From Paecilomyces variotii (Eukaryota), in NCBI GenBank assembly GCA_004022145.1, contig RCNU01000001.1: DNA of 64,000 nt; one strand, written 5' to 3'. Made by a program: the position numbers and the translations under genes. Positions 12,745 through 26,503 of the stretch are shown here, one piece after another; the stretch's first letter is position 1, and each line of letters begins with the position of its first letter. The notes beneath the pieces were generated by a model, which was given only the letters and a program-made list of their open reading frames with translations, was not told where the DNA came from and did no database searches.

Positions 12745-15237
12745 ATGAATGCGTTGATTCTTTCGCTGGCTGCCTCCGCGCATATCTTGGGCGCTGTGTC
12801 CGCTCGAAATGTTAGCGCTGAGGCAGCTAATCTGGAACGTTTCTGGTCCTATGGTCGATCTGAACCAGTATACCCGACTCGTAAGTTTCATCCTTACCGA
12901 AGACTATCCTCGCTGATAATGAAATACTGACTGCATTGTGTTGCACAATTAGCTGAAGGAAATGGCACCGCCGATTGGGCAGAAGCATATTCCCGCGCCA
13001 GAGCTCTCGTCTCGCAGATGACCGACGACGAGAAGAACAATATCACGTACGGATATACGTCGGCGACTAATGGCTGTTCTGGAAACTCAGGCGCAGTGCC
13101 TCGTCTGGGGTTCCCGGGCCTCTGTTTACAAGACTCTGGAAATGGCGTCCGGGCAACAGATATGGTGAACGGCTATCCACCAGGTCTCCATGTAGGTGCT
13201 ACATGGAACCGTGACCTAGCTTACGAAAGAGGGCACTACATGGGCGCCGAGTTCAAACGCAAAGGAGCAAATGTTGTCCTAGGCCCCGTCGTTGGTCCAT
13301 TGGGTAGAATCGCCAAAGGAGGACGCAACTGGGAGGGTTTCAGCAACGATCCCTACCTCAGTGGCTCGCTGGTTCGTCCGACCATCAGGGGACTGCAAGA
13401 GTCGGTAATAGCTTGTGTGAAGCACTTCATCGGAAACGAACAGGAGACATATCGGAACCCGCCGACACTGCTCTCCGATTCATATAACCAGTCTGTATCG
13501 ACCAACGTCGACGACAAGACCATACATGAACTCTACTTGTGGCCCTTCCAGGATGCAATCAAAGCCGGAGCAGGATCAGTCATGTGCAGTTACAACCGCA
13601 TCAATAATAGCTATGGTTGCCAGAACAGCAAGACGTTGAACGGGTTGCTGAAAGGTGAATTGGGATTCCAGGGCTTTGTCGTCAGTGACTGGTCCGCTCA
13701 GCATTCGGGCGTGGCTAGCGCTGATGCTGGTCTTGATATGGCCATGCCGTCTTCTACGTACTGGGAAAACGGTAATCTTTCCTTAGCCGTGCAGAACGGA
13801 TCTCTTGCGCAATCTCGACTTGACGATATGGCTACCCGAATCGTGGCGACTTGGTATAAGTATGCCGAGTTCGAGGAACCTGGTCATGGAATTCCAGTTG
13901 ATCTTCTTGCCCCTCATGCAATCACAGATGCCCGTGATCCGGCATCCAAAGCTACTATATTCCAGGGTGCTGTCGAGGGGCACGTCCTGGTTAAGAATGT
14001 GAATGGAGCTCTCCCTATTCGGAAGCCGAAGCTCTTGTCATTATTCGGCTACGACGCTGTAGCCGCATCACGAAATACAATGGATAACGTAACCTTTAGC
14101 TTGTGGCAAATGGGACTAGACAATTCGTTGGTCTATCCTAATGGCTCTGCAGTTGATGATGTTACCTTGGAATACATATTCCTGTCGAGCGCCGCCGCAG
14201 GTGAATCTGGTCCTGCCGTGGCCCTGAACGGGACTATTTTCACAGGCGCGGGTTCGGGGTCTATTACCCCATCGTATATCGATGCTCCATTCGATGCATT
14301 TCAGCGACAAGCCTACGAGGACGGCACATACCTTGCATGGGACTTTAGCTCGCAAAACCCCTCAGTCAACCAGGGAAGCGAGGCCTGTCTGGTGTTCATC
14401 AACGCACAGTCCTCAGAAGGTTGGGATCGTCCTGATCTCAGGGATTCGTACTCAGATAGACTCGTCGAGAACGTTGCTGCACGATGCAACAATACAATAG
14501 TCGTCATCCACAATGCGGGAGTTCGACTTGTTGACCGCTGGATTGACCACCCCAACGTGACAGCCGTTATATTCGGGCACCTTCCTGGACAAGACAGCGG
14601 TCGTGCCCTGGTTGAAATTGTTTACGGCAAACAATCACCATCCGGCCGTCTGCCCTACACCGTTGCTAGGAACGAGTCAGATTATGGCAACCTGCTCAAC
14701 CCGACCGTTCCTCCTGGAGACGTTGACCTTTTCTACCCTCAGGATAACTTCACGGAAGGTGTCTATATCGACTACAAAGCCTTCATAGCAGCCAACATTA
14801 CCCCTCGATTCGAGTTCGGATACGGCCTCACCTACACGACGTTCAACTACTCGAATCTCCAGATAGCAATTGATCCCAGCGCGCAGACTAGCGCCTTCCC
14901 TCCGACTTCCGGAGTTCTAGAGGGCGGTTTATCATCTCTCTGGGACGTCCTCACCACCGTCAAATGCACCGTCACGAATACCGGCTCTGTCGCTGCAGCA
15001 GAAGTGGCTCAGTTATATATCGGCATCCCCGGTGGTCCCGCACGAGTCCTGCGTGGATTTAACAAGCAGACCGTCACGCCCGGCTGTAGCGCAGAATTCT
15101 CATTCGATCTCATGAGAAGGGATCTCAGCAACTGGGATGTGAACAGTCAGAGTTGGATCCTGCAGCAAGGAAATTATACAATTTATGTAGGTAAGAGTGT
15201 GTTGGATGTGCAGTTGGTAGGCCAGTTGGTTATCTAG
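12745..15237 (+). CDS. Secreted GH3 beta-glucosidase (BglM-like)
   Basis: Signal peptide [48 protein letters not shown] nucleophile motif, EGWDR, C-terminal Fn3-like domain; intron about 12881-12952. Confidence 0.93.
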
Positions 15238-15378
15238 TAAGAGAAGAGAAGAAGGAGAAAAGAGGCATTATTATATTCACCGAGGGGCATGGTGTGCATT
15301 ATATCATATTATACTGTACATACATACATACATACATTAGCAGGCATTCCACTAATCTAATGTCAGATCAGCTACATT

Positions 15379-15975
15379 TCATTCTTCCTTTTTCTGTGCC
15401 ACCACGACATATATCCAATGTCCATATGCAAATAATCCCCCGTTCCTTCGTGCTTCTCGCTCGAATTTTCTCTTGAAAGTCTTCTGTGCTTGCTCCCTCA
15501 CGCCTGGGCTCGCTAATTGACTAGTCTTTTGGGATGTCTTCATACCCTCGTTAAATACATGGTCTGATCGCTCTGGTTTAAGTTGACTTTCTGGAATATG
15601 ACTTTTAGTTTTCATGACGGTGATGAATTCCAATCCAGTATGTGCATTAGCATCCGTAAGACTCTTCTGACCCTTCATCCAGTCACGCCAAGAAAACAGG
15701 ACATGAATTCCCAGAGCGCGGGGAACATAATCTACAAGTAGGCCCAGGATTGTCGTGTGTCCTGTGGGATAATCAAAGATCATCGTCGATATTCTACCAC
15801 CCGGGCGTAGGAGACGTGACAGAAGAGCCAACGTTCGCTGGTAAGTAGTTATCTGCCATCTCTCAAAGTGGCTGACGGAGACTGTGATGCCTTGCAGAAA
15901 CGAGTGTAAACAAGCAATATTTAGCGCGGTGTCTATTTCTCTTGTTTCTTCGGTCCGACATAAACAGAATGCTTA
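15379..15975 (-). pseudogene. Probable remnant (C-terminal half) of a class I SAM-dependent methyltransferase
   Basis: Open frame containing ...LSRLLRPGGRI...FDYP (post-motif II/III 'LxPGG' signature); an in-frame TAA lies upstream with no ATG before the motif and no GxGxG motif I. Confidence 0.4.
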
Positions 15976-16724
15976 ATACCCCGCAACTCACTTCTGCAGC
16001 TATCCCAAACGGTAACTCGTAGTTCAAAATATCCGTCGGGATCTTCACTCTAAACATATGAAAACACAGGTTCCACTTGATGTTCGGAACCAGACTTATT
16101 CGAGACCTTGCTACCGCGACAAATGCGGTAGAGCATGCCTCGAAAGGTCCAGTTGATGAGAAATGCGCGGCCGTGATTGCTCCTGCTAGCCGTGATCTAC
16201 CCCTGGCATATCGGCGATCTTCTCCGCATACATTCAAACGGGCTTCTTGGTCTCCTTTCTTTTCTGGGGTTATTCTAATTTCTTACGGCCGGATCGGCTC
16301 CAGAGGGTCTCAATAATCAGTAGCTTGTGATTATACCGAGGAGACGCAAAAAGGCATTGCTTGCGGGATATACAATCCATGGAGCCATAGCTCTAATACT
16401 CGAACATAACTTGTCCGATGTCAATTAGTACCGGGGATTGAAGCTTTTAAGGTTAGCTCAGTATATCAGGGGATATTGGGCAAGATGAAGCCAATGCCTA
16501 ATGTTATATACCCCCGGGGACATCATGTCTAGCTACAAGGGAGGTTCATTTTCCCTCCTCGTGCTATTCCTCAGAATCGTTCCTCGTGGGATGTGCTGGC
16601 CGTTTCTGTGTGATATCTCAGTACATTCTTGCTAGTACAGTGATCCATCCATTCTCTTCTTTTATAAAGGACTTCACTTCGATCAACATCCTTAAGTACT
16701 CGGAGCTCGAATCGCCGGATCACC

Positions 16725-18631
16725 ATGGGCGTCCCGACATTGTTCAAGTACATGCTTGCAGCATCTGCAGCCTTATACAGTGTCACAGCGGCAGATTTCT
16801 GCGACACCATCAAAGCCGAGAACGTCGAAGTGGATGGTCCGCTCTCTGTCCAATATGAAGAGACATTGACCAAATATTGGTCTGCGGCCTGTTCGGCCCT
16901 GCGTCCCTCTTGCATATTGGCTCCGTCTAGCGCCGCCGAGGTCGCGGATATCATCAGCGCGCTGCATAGCACGGATGACTTGTTTGCTGTCAAATCGGGT
17001 GGTCATATGCCCAATAATGGTTTCGCCAGTATTCAGAACGGCATCCTTATCTCAATGCAGAATTTGGACCAGGTGGTATATGATGCGGAAACAGAGACTG
17101 CCGTCGTCGGACCAGGCCTGTCGTGGGAAGATGCCCAGAAGGGTTTGGATGGGACTGGTCGCACACTTGTTGGTGGTCGTTTGGGAGGTGTCGGCGTTGG
17201 TGGTTACATGCTTGGAGGTGAACCTGGTTGCAGATTCTCTTTTTTTGAATTAAACATTGATATTTGTGAAAGGTGGTTTGAGCTTCTTGAGCTCTCAATA
17301 TGGCTGGGCAGCGAACAACGTTGTCAATTACGAGGTTGTTCTTGCGAATGCTACGATCGTCAATGCTAATAAGGATGAGAATCAAGGTAAGGGAACGAGA
17401 GGAATGAAGATAGAGATATAGAATGTCAGTAGCTGACAAACGACAGACTTGTTCTATGCCCTGAAAGGAGGCGGCAATAACTTCGGTATTGTAACGGCAT
17501 ACACATTGCAGACTCACCCAATTGGCCAGGTAGATGTCCAGAATATATGTCACTAGCCCTCTCTAACGTTGTCAGGTCTGGGGAGGCAACTACATCTTCC
17601 CTGGTTCCAAGTCCCCCGAGGTGCTTGAAGCGACACGCACCTTCACCGAGCACTATCCAGATGAAAAGGCTGCTGTCATTGTGACCCATGAACGTGCTCT
17701 TGCTATCGACAGTTGGATTGTATTTTTGTTCTATGACGGTCCTACTCCACCGCAGGGTGTTTTCGACGGTCTCAAGGCTGTCGGGCCAGAGGTTGATACT
17801 ACTAAGACATGGGATACTTACTATGACTTGGTATGTCGATGTGGCCGTCCTACTCATCATGGACCAAGTTTACCAGCCGTACTGACATCGAGCTAACTAG
17901 CTCAAATTCAACGACTTTGCGATTCTTCAGTAAGTTGGACCTACTCTTAGTCTTATATCATTCAACGAACTCACACATTCTCAGCGGACAACGATATCTC
18001 ATTGGAACAGAGACGACTCCTCTGCCCAACAAGACTGTCGGCGCCGAGGTCATGCAGTCATACCATGATCACTTCGTGGATGTGGGCAACGGTATTCTCG
18101 ATGTGCCTGGATTGATCTCGACGATGGCTTTGCAGCCAATGCCCCGTAACATTACCAGCAAGGCTAAGGCTCTTGGAGGAGTAAGTCTCATATTCCATTC
18201 TGATTCGATTTCATGTTTCAGGAAGATATCACATCAAAAATAGCTACATCACGAACGGCCACTTTTGTCACCGTTCGCAAGTCTCTCAATACTAATAGAT
18301 GATTTCCTCACAGGACCTCATCGATTTACCCGATGACCAAGACTACATTATTTTTGAGCTGGACTACTCATACAGTCTTCCCAGTAGCGACGACAAGGTT
18401 TCTGCTGCTCTGCAGGATTTATACAGCGGTCTCCACGACTTGGTCGATCAGCATATCGAGAACAGCCTCCTCCCTGATGTCTATCGTCCATTGTTCATGA
18501 ACGATGCGTATTCCCAACAGGACTACTGGGGTCGCATTCGGACGAAGGACATCGCTCTTCAGACCCGTCTCAAGTACGACCCGGATGGTTTCTTCCAGAA
18601 CCGCACGAGTGGTGGTTTCAGGTTGAACTAG
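16725..18631 (+). CDS. Secreted FAD-linked oxidoreductase (VAO/berberine-bridge-enzyme-like, FAD_binding_4)
   Basis: Signal peptide; FAVKSGGH covalent-FAD His motif, VGVGGYMLGGG, DLFYALKGGGNNFGIVT, C-terminal FMNDA...KYDPDGFF; 6 introns including a 29-nt exon 17901-17929. Confidence 0.92.
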
Positions 18632-20806
18632 ATTCTATCTGCTTGGTTGGAGAGATCTATATGCATCCTGTTGATATTTGAGGATATACGTAAATAATAT
18701 ATGATATGAATGTTGTATATACGGTGAATATGTTACGGTTCTTAATCGATCGATCTCATGCATAACGTGATACGGGACATGTTCCACGACCAGAATTAGC
18801 ATAATTCTAGTGGTTAAGTGGTTAATGTCTGGTTAAGGAGGGCTGAATATTTGGGTGCAAAAGAAATGGCGACGTGGATATGAGGAGTCGACCTGTGTCC
18901 TTCAATTGGCGCATTGCTATTCTAGTACCAAATATTATAGGAAAATTTCTAAGAAGATGCATACACGGATTACAAACGTTTCTCGGAACGAATCACTAAT
19001 ACAGTATGTAACGATAATACTTACTTCATAGCTGTAGCCTTGTCGGTTCTAGTAACTATATTGTGCTCCGACCAAGAAAGACAACAAAAGAAAGCTAAAC
19101 ACAACAGCCCCGTGAATAGAAAAAAAAAGAAAGTTCATGGCGGCTGTGCTGTAGATGCTCAATTCACTTTTGGCTGTTGGATATATCGAGATGACTCTAT
19201 TAACATTAACTGTCTCACGAGATTCTAATTTGAGCAACGGCCCCAGATCATGAATCTGCAAAAAGCCGTAACCGGTCCAACGAGGAGAAAGATTCAGGAA
19301 ATTTAATTTTCGTTTATCTAAGAAGTTAGTGATAGGTTAGTGATAGGTTACCTAGTTAATTAACTCATTGCTCGATGACCACGTGAGGCATAAACGATGC
19401 AGTGCCGATTTTCCGTTATTCTTCGAGAAAACATCCCCCTGCTGCGCCTCTCCACATTTTCTGGCTGTCAGGTTAGGGAGGAGTCGACAAGAGCCGCCGC
19501 AGTATCGGAGGCAGTGAACTCGTATTCGTCGATCAGGCGGGAAAGTTGGCGGCGTTTAACTGTTGCAACTCGAAGTACGGAGTAGAATTGGCCTCATCAC
19601 CGAATAACAGCGCTGGGAGATCCGACTTTACCGTCTTGGAATCGACCCCCAATAACCAGCAACATCAGTTTCTGGAGTCGCCGAAGAATGCCAACCAGAG
19701 TATGATCGCGTGGTACTAGGCCGATCCGAACAATGCGCCCGACGAACATTTCATCATAGATTGGGGGCCAAAGGTAAAGTGGAAAGGTTCGATGTTTGGT
19801 TTCTTCCAGAAGCCGTCCAGCCGTTGTCCAAGACGGGATGCCGGGCGCGGATAATAACGGGGCAGTGCTGGTAGTTCTCTTGGTTCGGTGGATCTTGAAA
19901 GGCTCCTAGTGAGCCTCATGAGGAAGACTAAAGACGATGTGATGCTGCAGAGTGCAGAGGAAGCGGAAAGAGTAAAGGAGGCCTAACTCTGAGGATTGAC
20001 GTCGAAAATCCCGCAAGGCTTTCCGTCATATTTGAGGCTGATATGAGAATAGATAGTACTGTAATAATGATCATTCATTGCTCGGTGAAAGAGCAGTTCT
20101 GTTAGTGTTAGCAGCATCCAGGCGGAATAGCATGTACAGAGACATAATGCACCGGTAGTTATCATGGTGACACCAAAGTATGGTATGAGGATTCTAGAGG
20201 TACTCTTCAGCGTATTGAGCCTGCTATAGAGACGTCAGGAGACAGTAGCATCCGTGATCGAAATCATCCATTATCACGATGACTGAGTGCGGTAAGATGG
20301 CTGATTTAGTCTGTCCAGCAGTTCGCCAAGTCCAACTCCGCCTCGTAATCTGGGGATGACCCATTGAGATCGGGGGATTTGAGACTTGAGAGCCAGAAGA
20401 GCAGCTTGAAGGATTATCGTGAAGTAATTAGAGGCATTTGCGAGCTTGGCGGATGTTCCTGTAGGACAGCAGTTGGCAAGAAAGAGCCCGCTGCCTAGCT
20501 CGGCATTATTTAACAATTTGTATCCCCCCGGGATCATCACATCGATTTCTTGCCCAGAAGTCAATCGACTTGTCCATCATCATCATCACTTTATCTGTCT
20601 GCTGGCTGTTTGCTTTCCAGATATTTTCTTTATCTGAAACCCTCCCCCTGTTTCGCGCGAGTTATCGTGACCCCGCACGTCTTACTCCAATACGAGGAAG
20701 AAGGAAACAGCCGTCTTTACCGACGCGACTACCATTTATAAGGGCTGTCGAGCTCTCGATCGCGTGAAGCATATCGCATCTTCTATCGTACTACTGCACT
20801 TCCATC

Positions 20807-21981
20807 ATGTCTGCCCCTACAGATGCGACGAGCAGCAACGGAAAGGCTGCAGTGGCAGAATCCAACCATGTCGGCTTTCGACCCAACAATGTCGTGAAGG
20901 TGCAGCCTGCGCGACTCGATGATCTGCAGCCGAGGTATGCGCAGAGGATTCAGCATTCGGAGGAGAACCCAGAGGCACATGGCTGGTACGCAGGGATGAG
21001 TGAGTTGTACATACCTTTACGCGATTAATGCTACCGTTGATACTGATGGATCATCAGTTCATGGTCTGGGTAGTCTTATCGGCTTCTGCGGTGCCATTCC
21101 ATGCTGTTTCTGCTGCCCGAACCCCTTCAAGGACGTTAAGCAGGGTGAAGTTGGTCTGGTGTCGAAATTTGGACGGTATGTAAAACCTCAGATAGAAAGT
21201 AGAGATGAAGGGACAGCATGCTGACGCGGATTTGATTTACAGCTTCGAGCGCGCAGTTGATCCGGGTCTGGTCAATATCAACCCACTCAGTGAGAAGCTC
21301 ACCACGGTCGATGTCAAGATTCAAATCGTCGAGGTTCCTCGTCAGGTCTGCATGACCAAGGACAATGTCACCCTCAACCTGACCTCCGTTATTTACTACC
21401 ACATCACCTCTCCGCATAAGGCGGCTTTCGGTATTACCAACGTACGCCAGGCGCTTGTGGAGCGCACCCAGACGACCTTGCGCCATGTTGTGGGCGCTCG
21501 TGTCTTGCAGGACGTGATCGAGCGTCGAGAGGAGATTGCGCAGTCAATTGGCGAGATCATCGAAGACGTCGCTAGCGGCTGGGGTGTCCAGGTGGAATCG
21601 ATGCTCATCAAGGACATCATCTTCAGTGATGACCTCCAGGACTCGCTGTCCATGGCTGCGCAGTCGAAGCGTATCGGAGAGAGCAAGGTCATCGCCGCCA
21701 GGGCGGAAGTCGAGTCCGCAAAGCTGATGCGCCAGGCGGCTGATATCCTGTCCTCTGCCCCGGCCATGCAGATCCGCTATCTCGAGGCTATGCAGTCCAT
21801 GGCCAAGACCGCCAACAGCAAGGTCATCTTCCTTCCGGCTCCCAACCAGACCATCCAGCAACAGCTCGAGCAAGCCGACAACGCTGGCGAAGGACCCAGC
21901 CGGTATGGCAGTGGACAAGCCTCTAGCAATGACGACGGCTTCCAGCGCGCGATCAATGCACGCATCGTCGAGAACATCTAA
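20807..21981 (+). CDS. Stomatin / band 7 (SPFH) family protein
   Basis: Cys-rich CGAIPCCFCCPNP, DPGL, MTKDNV, QTTLRHVVG, WGVQVESMLIKD, AMQIRYLE; introns about 21000-21057 and 21176-21243. Confidence 0.93.
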
Positions 21982-22858
21982 ACTGTCCTATCACACTCGT
22001 GGGATAGTTGACAGCCGGCTCTTGTCTGCTTGTATCGCAATCAACCCTCTATTATTGACTTTGATACCAAAAAAATTTGGACCTGAATTATGTCACGTCT
22101 GAACGTCTTATTCGAATCATGTTTGTTACGAACCGAACTCACGCTCCTGATTACGTGAATTGATGGCTGGCTAGGATGGATGGATGGATGTTGATACCCT
22201 CTTTTGAATCATTAATCTTTCTGACTTTGCTAATCTGCTTCCTTCGGACCATGTACTTATTCCTGGCTTCTGTCAATATCCCCCTATTCTACGCTGCACG
22301 TGTGTATGTATGTACGTATGTATGCGTTGGCTTTTTTAGTAGTTACTGAAACTAATCTGATACCCTTCTAAGGAATATCTCCCTGGTTGGAAGTATACTG
22401 TCTATTTTATAAAGTAGTACTGCATCACGTCATACCTTTTCGTATAACGTGGTGAAGCGTAGACTTGCCCTTAATCACGATGCTTATTGTAGTCTGACAG
22501 GATACAGCTATGGTTTCAATTCCTAAATTTTTGTGTAACGAGATTCCGCTCCTCATCTGGCTATCACGATGGTAATAACTGCGTCTGATCGGGACAGATC
22601 TGCTTTTGAGATGTATGTGTGCTTTACATCTGTGCAACCGACTGGACCAAAGAGGGTGCCAAAAAGACATGAATGACACTAGCGAAAAGCATACTGGGAG
22701 GACTTCAATGGAATTTTTTTGAAGGGGAAAAAAGGGGGTATTTGAATTAGTAGAGCGATAGGAACTGTAAGATGACAATTCTGGGAAGTATCTCATAAAA
22801 GGCATAGAGACTTGTCAGAGCTGCTAGAAAGAATATATCCCCAGATACCTGTGACAGT

Positions 22859-25800
22859 TCAATTTTTCATCCCATTCGAATACTCCAACCCAAGTCTACT
22901 GGACTGTTCAAAGTCTTTCGGGATTTCCCATCCGTGGGTTTGGCACGCTCTCCGGTATGCCTCGACGGCTTCGCCGACTCCGTAGTCTAGCACCCTTCCG
23001 TCTTTGTTGGTCTGTCCACGCTCCAACCGCGCTGGCTTTGGGTCGGTGCTGCTGAGTGCCAGTCGGACTTGAAGCAGGACACTTTCGATGCTAGAGGCTG
23101 CTGACCAGCCTGAGTTCGTTAGAAGTTCCATACACAACGCGCCGCCGGCAGTGACATGGCCGCCTCCCCCTTGCTGGAACCCAAGAAAACGGGGACGGAT
23201 AACCCTGACAAAAGGTGGTGATATCGGATAATCCTTTCCAAAACGTAGCTCAAGGACAACACTTTGAAGACCCGCGGCTTTCAGGTCTTTGGCAAGGGGG
23301 AGACTTGGATCGAACGAATGGAGCTCCACGATCCACTGATAAACAGTAGTGATCAACTCCGCACCGATATACCAACCCAACTCGTGAGGGGGAGTCCGCT
23401 CTTGGACCTTCAAGGTCGCCTGTAGATCACGCTGGAGTGCTTTAGTTGCCATGGTTGTGGCATAGGTGGGAGCTGCCAACAGCGGCAAAGACGTAGCTAG
23501 CAAAGTTCCTGGGGTGAAGTCCGTCTGTTCATCAGAGAGGCTTCCAGACTCTCCAGTGCCATTGTTCTTCGAGACTGAAGAACTTTTGTCGACCTTGGCG
23601 ATCTTATGCTCTTTCTCTGGTTCGGTATCAGATAGGAGCAACGCTAGATCTTCGTCGTCGGTTCGGACGCTTAACGTATCTCCATCATTCTGAGGTTCAT
23701 CTGGTGTCGTCTTTTTCCTTTTACCAAATGTGGACTTGGTAGATTCGGGTTTCCCTTTCTTGTTCCTAGTGCTCTTTCCCTGTGAATTCTTTTCGCCGGC
23801 AGAACTGTTAGGCTCGTCCTCGATCAGTAGTGCTCCTCGACGCTTGCTGCTGATGGCAGTAAGCGGTATCACGACGGCGCGACCCCCAGGCCCTTTGGCT
23901 GTAAAATGTTCGTCCTGTCGATAGAAGATTGTAGAAGGTGTGATCTTTGGGGCTTGGAGTCCCTTTCCATTGCCAAGAGTTTCGCATTTGACGAAGAGAT
24001 AGCGCGATTGGATCCAGTCTAGCTGATTAACCACGAGATGCGGCGACTTGCACACAAATTTGGACGGGCAGTTGACGACTTCATTTAGTGAGATTGCACC
24101 TGTGATCTTCAGGACACTCTTAGGCCAATGCCTGAATCCCGTACAGCCATGTCCGCCAGCGAAACTGTACGATGTGTGAAAATCAGGACTTAGATACACG
24201 CCGTTTCCGAATGCGCGTCCATGCAAGCTGTCTTTAAAATGGAGACCTTCTCTGACAATACCGTGCCAGTTCGAAAGGGGACTTCCATGCCACGCAAAAA
24301 GGGTTGGGTATTTTATCTTCTGACTGGAAGTGGCAGAGCTCACTGACTGCACAAACCGTTGTTCCTTATCAGGAGCTCCTTGTGCAAATCGGAACTGCAT
24401 GTACCCTTCCATATCAGAAACTAGATTCTGGTCGTGACTGGGAGCAGTTGGATCATCGGATGAGCGTCCATCTTCTAGAATACACGACCTATTAGACGCA
24501 ACTATCCATCGCAGAAGATCTAGCGAGGATTTGGAGATCCTGTCCTTCCAAGATGCAAGCAGTAATCCAGAATCATGCTTGCTCTCCGTTAAATAACTTT
24601 TCATCTCCATGACAGTAGGAAGGTTATCGAGTAGCATCGGAATGACCTGGCGCTTCTGAATCTCACTGAGATCGTCAAATAGTGTATCGTATACGACGAA
24701 GACTACGGGTGACGGTTGTTCTATCCCCGGCTTCGCTACTTTCTTTTCAAGGGGGCTCCCTCTCATAATGGGCTCCGAAAGCTTGACCCGCGGCCACATA
24801 GCTACTTCGACAACTCGACAGTGCAAGTGGGTTGCCTCTGCGACATGATGATCAATAATGGCGATCCAGTCGCCAACCCGAACTGGAGGACGCTCTCTAG
24901 GGTCTGGAAAATGGAGATCCATCCTGGGTAGGTCTAATTTCGCCATGTGTGGCCGTGGAGCCTGTTGAGAGCTGAATCTCGGGTTTTTTGATGGATTACC
25001 TGATGTGATGACACCGGTACTGCAATCTTGGAGACATTCCGTACCACCGGGGACCATAATGCCGAGACCTGTTGGAAAGTCCCTCAAACGGCCACCTGTA
25101 GCGCTGGCATATGTGAAGCTAACCAAGAGGTCAACTACGTTTGGCTGGGAGATGATTTCGAATTCGAGACTGGGTCCGAAGCCCAGAGACAAGTACTGAA
25201 ACAGGCAGAGATCATTTGAGCACACGTAGGGCTTTAGAGCTTCGAAATCTGCATCAATCCTGCAATGACACACAAGACAGAAGTCTGTACACCTCACAAA
25301 GTGACGGAGGGTGAACTGCATGGCAAGGAGGGGGAAAGATAGCTGACCAGAAGACTCAAGAAGATGGTCTCCAGCCAGGAGATTCGACGTGATCAACGCC
25401 GGTTTCTCTTTGGCCAAGTATTTCGGGTTACTCGGATCGGCGGATTGGAGAGACTTGCCCTGTTCATCATTGAAAAAGAGCTCTGCACCGGACCAGTTAA
25501 ACGCGAACGTGTATCGATACTTCATGATTTTAACCAGCCGTTCATTGAGTAGCGTGTTAAGCGGCCTACTGATAAAAGAGGGTTCCAGTCTGGGTCCATT
25601 GCTTGTGCCATTGCCGTTTTCGTTAGAGTCTGTCTTCTTTGATTTACGAAAAAATATCTGCTCAGCGTTGGCGAGCGTCGGCTTGTATGAATCGCATAAG
25701 GCAACATGCATGTCCACTGAGGACTTTCCGGTAGCGGTGTCCACATCAAGGATCTTCTGGAACTCTTGATAGCCAGATGGGTAGCGGATTAATAGAACCA

Positions 25801-26503
25801 GATACTGTTGGGGGTTGACACGCCATGCTTGCATGGCCTCGTCCGAGATACCCAGTTTAGCGATTCGGCACGAAATGGAGATAATCACTGGGCCATCGAG
25901 GTCACCAAGAACACCGACCTTAAACCCGGCTGTCTTGACGAGACGAAGGTCCGCACGGATTTTTGATTTCAGGGCTCCTTGCATCGACGAGCACACATGT
26001 TCAGAGTCAGAGAATGGATCCTCGATATCCAGAGGCTCATCCCACTCGTCATATTCACCATCGTCATCCACGATAGAGGTGTCACTATCATGACCGGATG
26101 TCTGAGTACTAAAGCAATTATCGGGAGAAAGAGAGTCGACGATGGAGTCGCTTAAGTGGCTGAGAAAGTTGGAAAGCGACTGTCCTTCTGAACGTGCCTG
26201 GACCTCCTGGATGGTTGCAGTGACCGCTGGAGGGACATTTTCTGACGTCGTGTATACAAAATAGCTGTGATCTTTGGGATAAGAGGAGATATCTGCTGGT
26301 GTATTAGATACCTATCGATGGAGGACAGTTGGTAATCTTCGCTTACCGGTGACAAATGCTTCTAGGTCGATACTGGGGCCTTCTTTGAGGTATGTAAAGC
26401 AAAGCACCCCATCATCTGCACCAGCTCTGATATTGGTTAAATAAACATATTTGCCCGGGCTTAAGACGTCGTCGAGGTCGCGAATATAGTCTCGTCGTGG
26501 CAT
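22859..26503 (-). CDS. PARP-like ADP-ribosyltransferase domain fused to a UBE2Q-like ubiquitin-conjugating (UBC) domain
   Basis: AWHGSPLSNWHGIVREGL...GRAFGNGVYLS (PARP/ART core); C-terminal LELRFGKDYPISPPFVRVIRPRF...HVTAGGALCMELLTNSGWS (UBC with catalytic Cys); intron 26293-26346. Confidence 0.88.

Noticed and set aside
19040..20767. Short ORFs between the FAD oxidase and stomatin
   Set aside because: No recognisable domain or coherent exon chain
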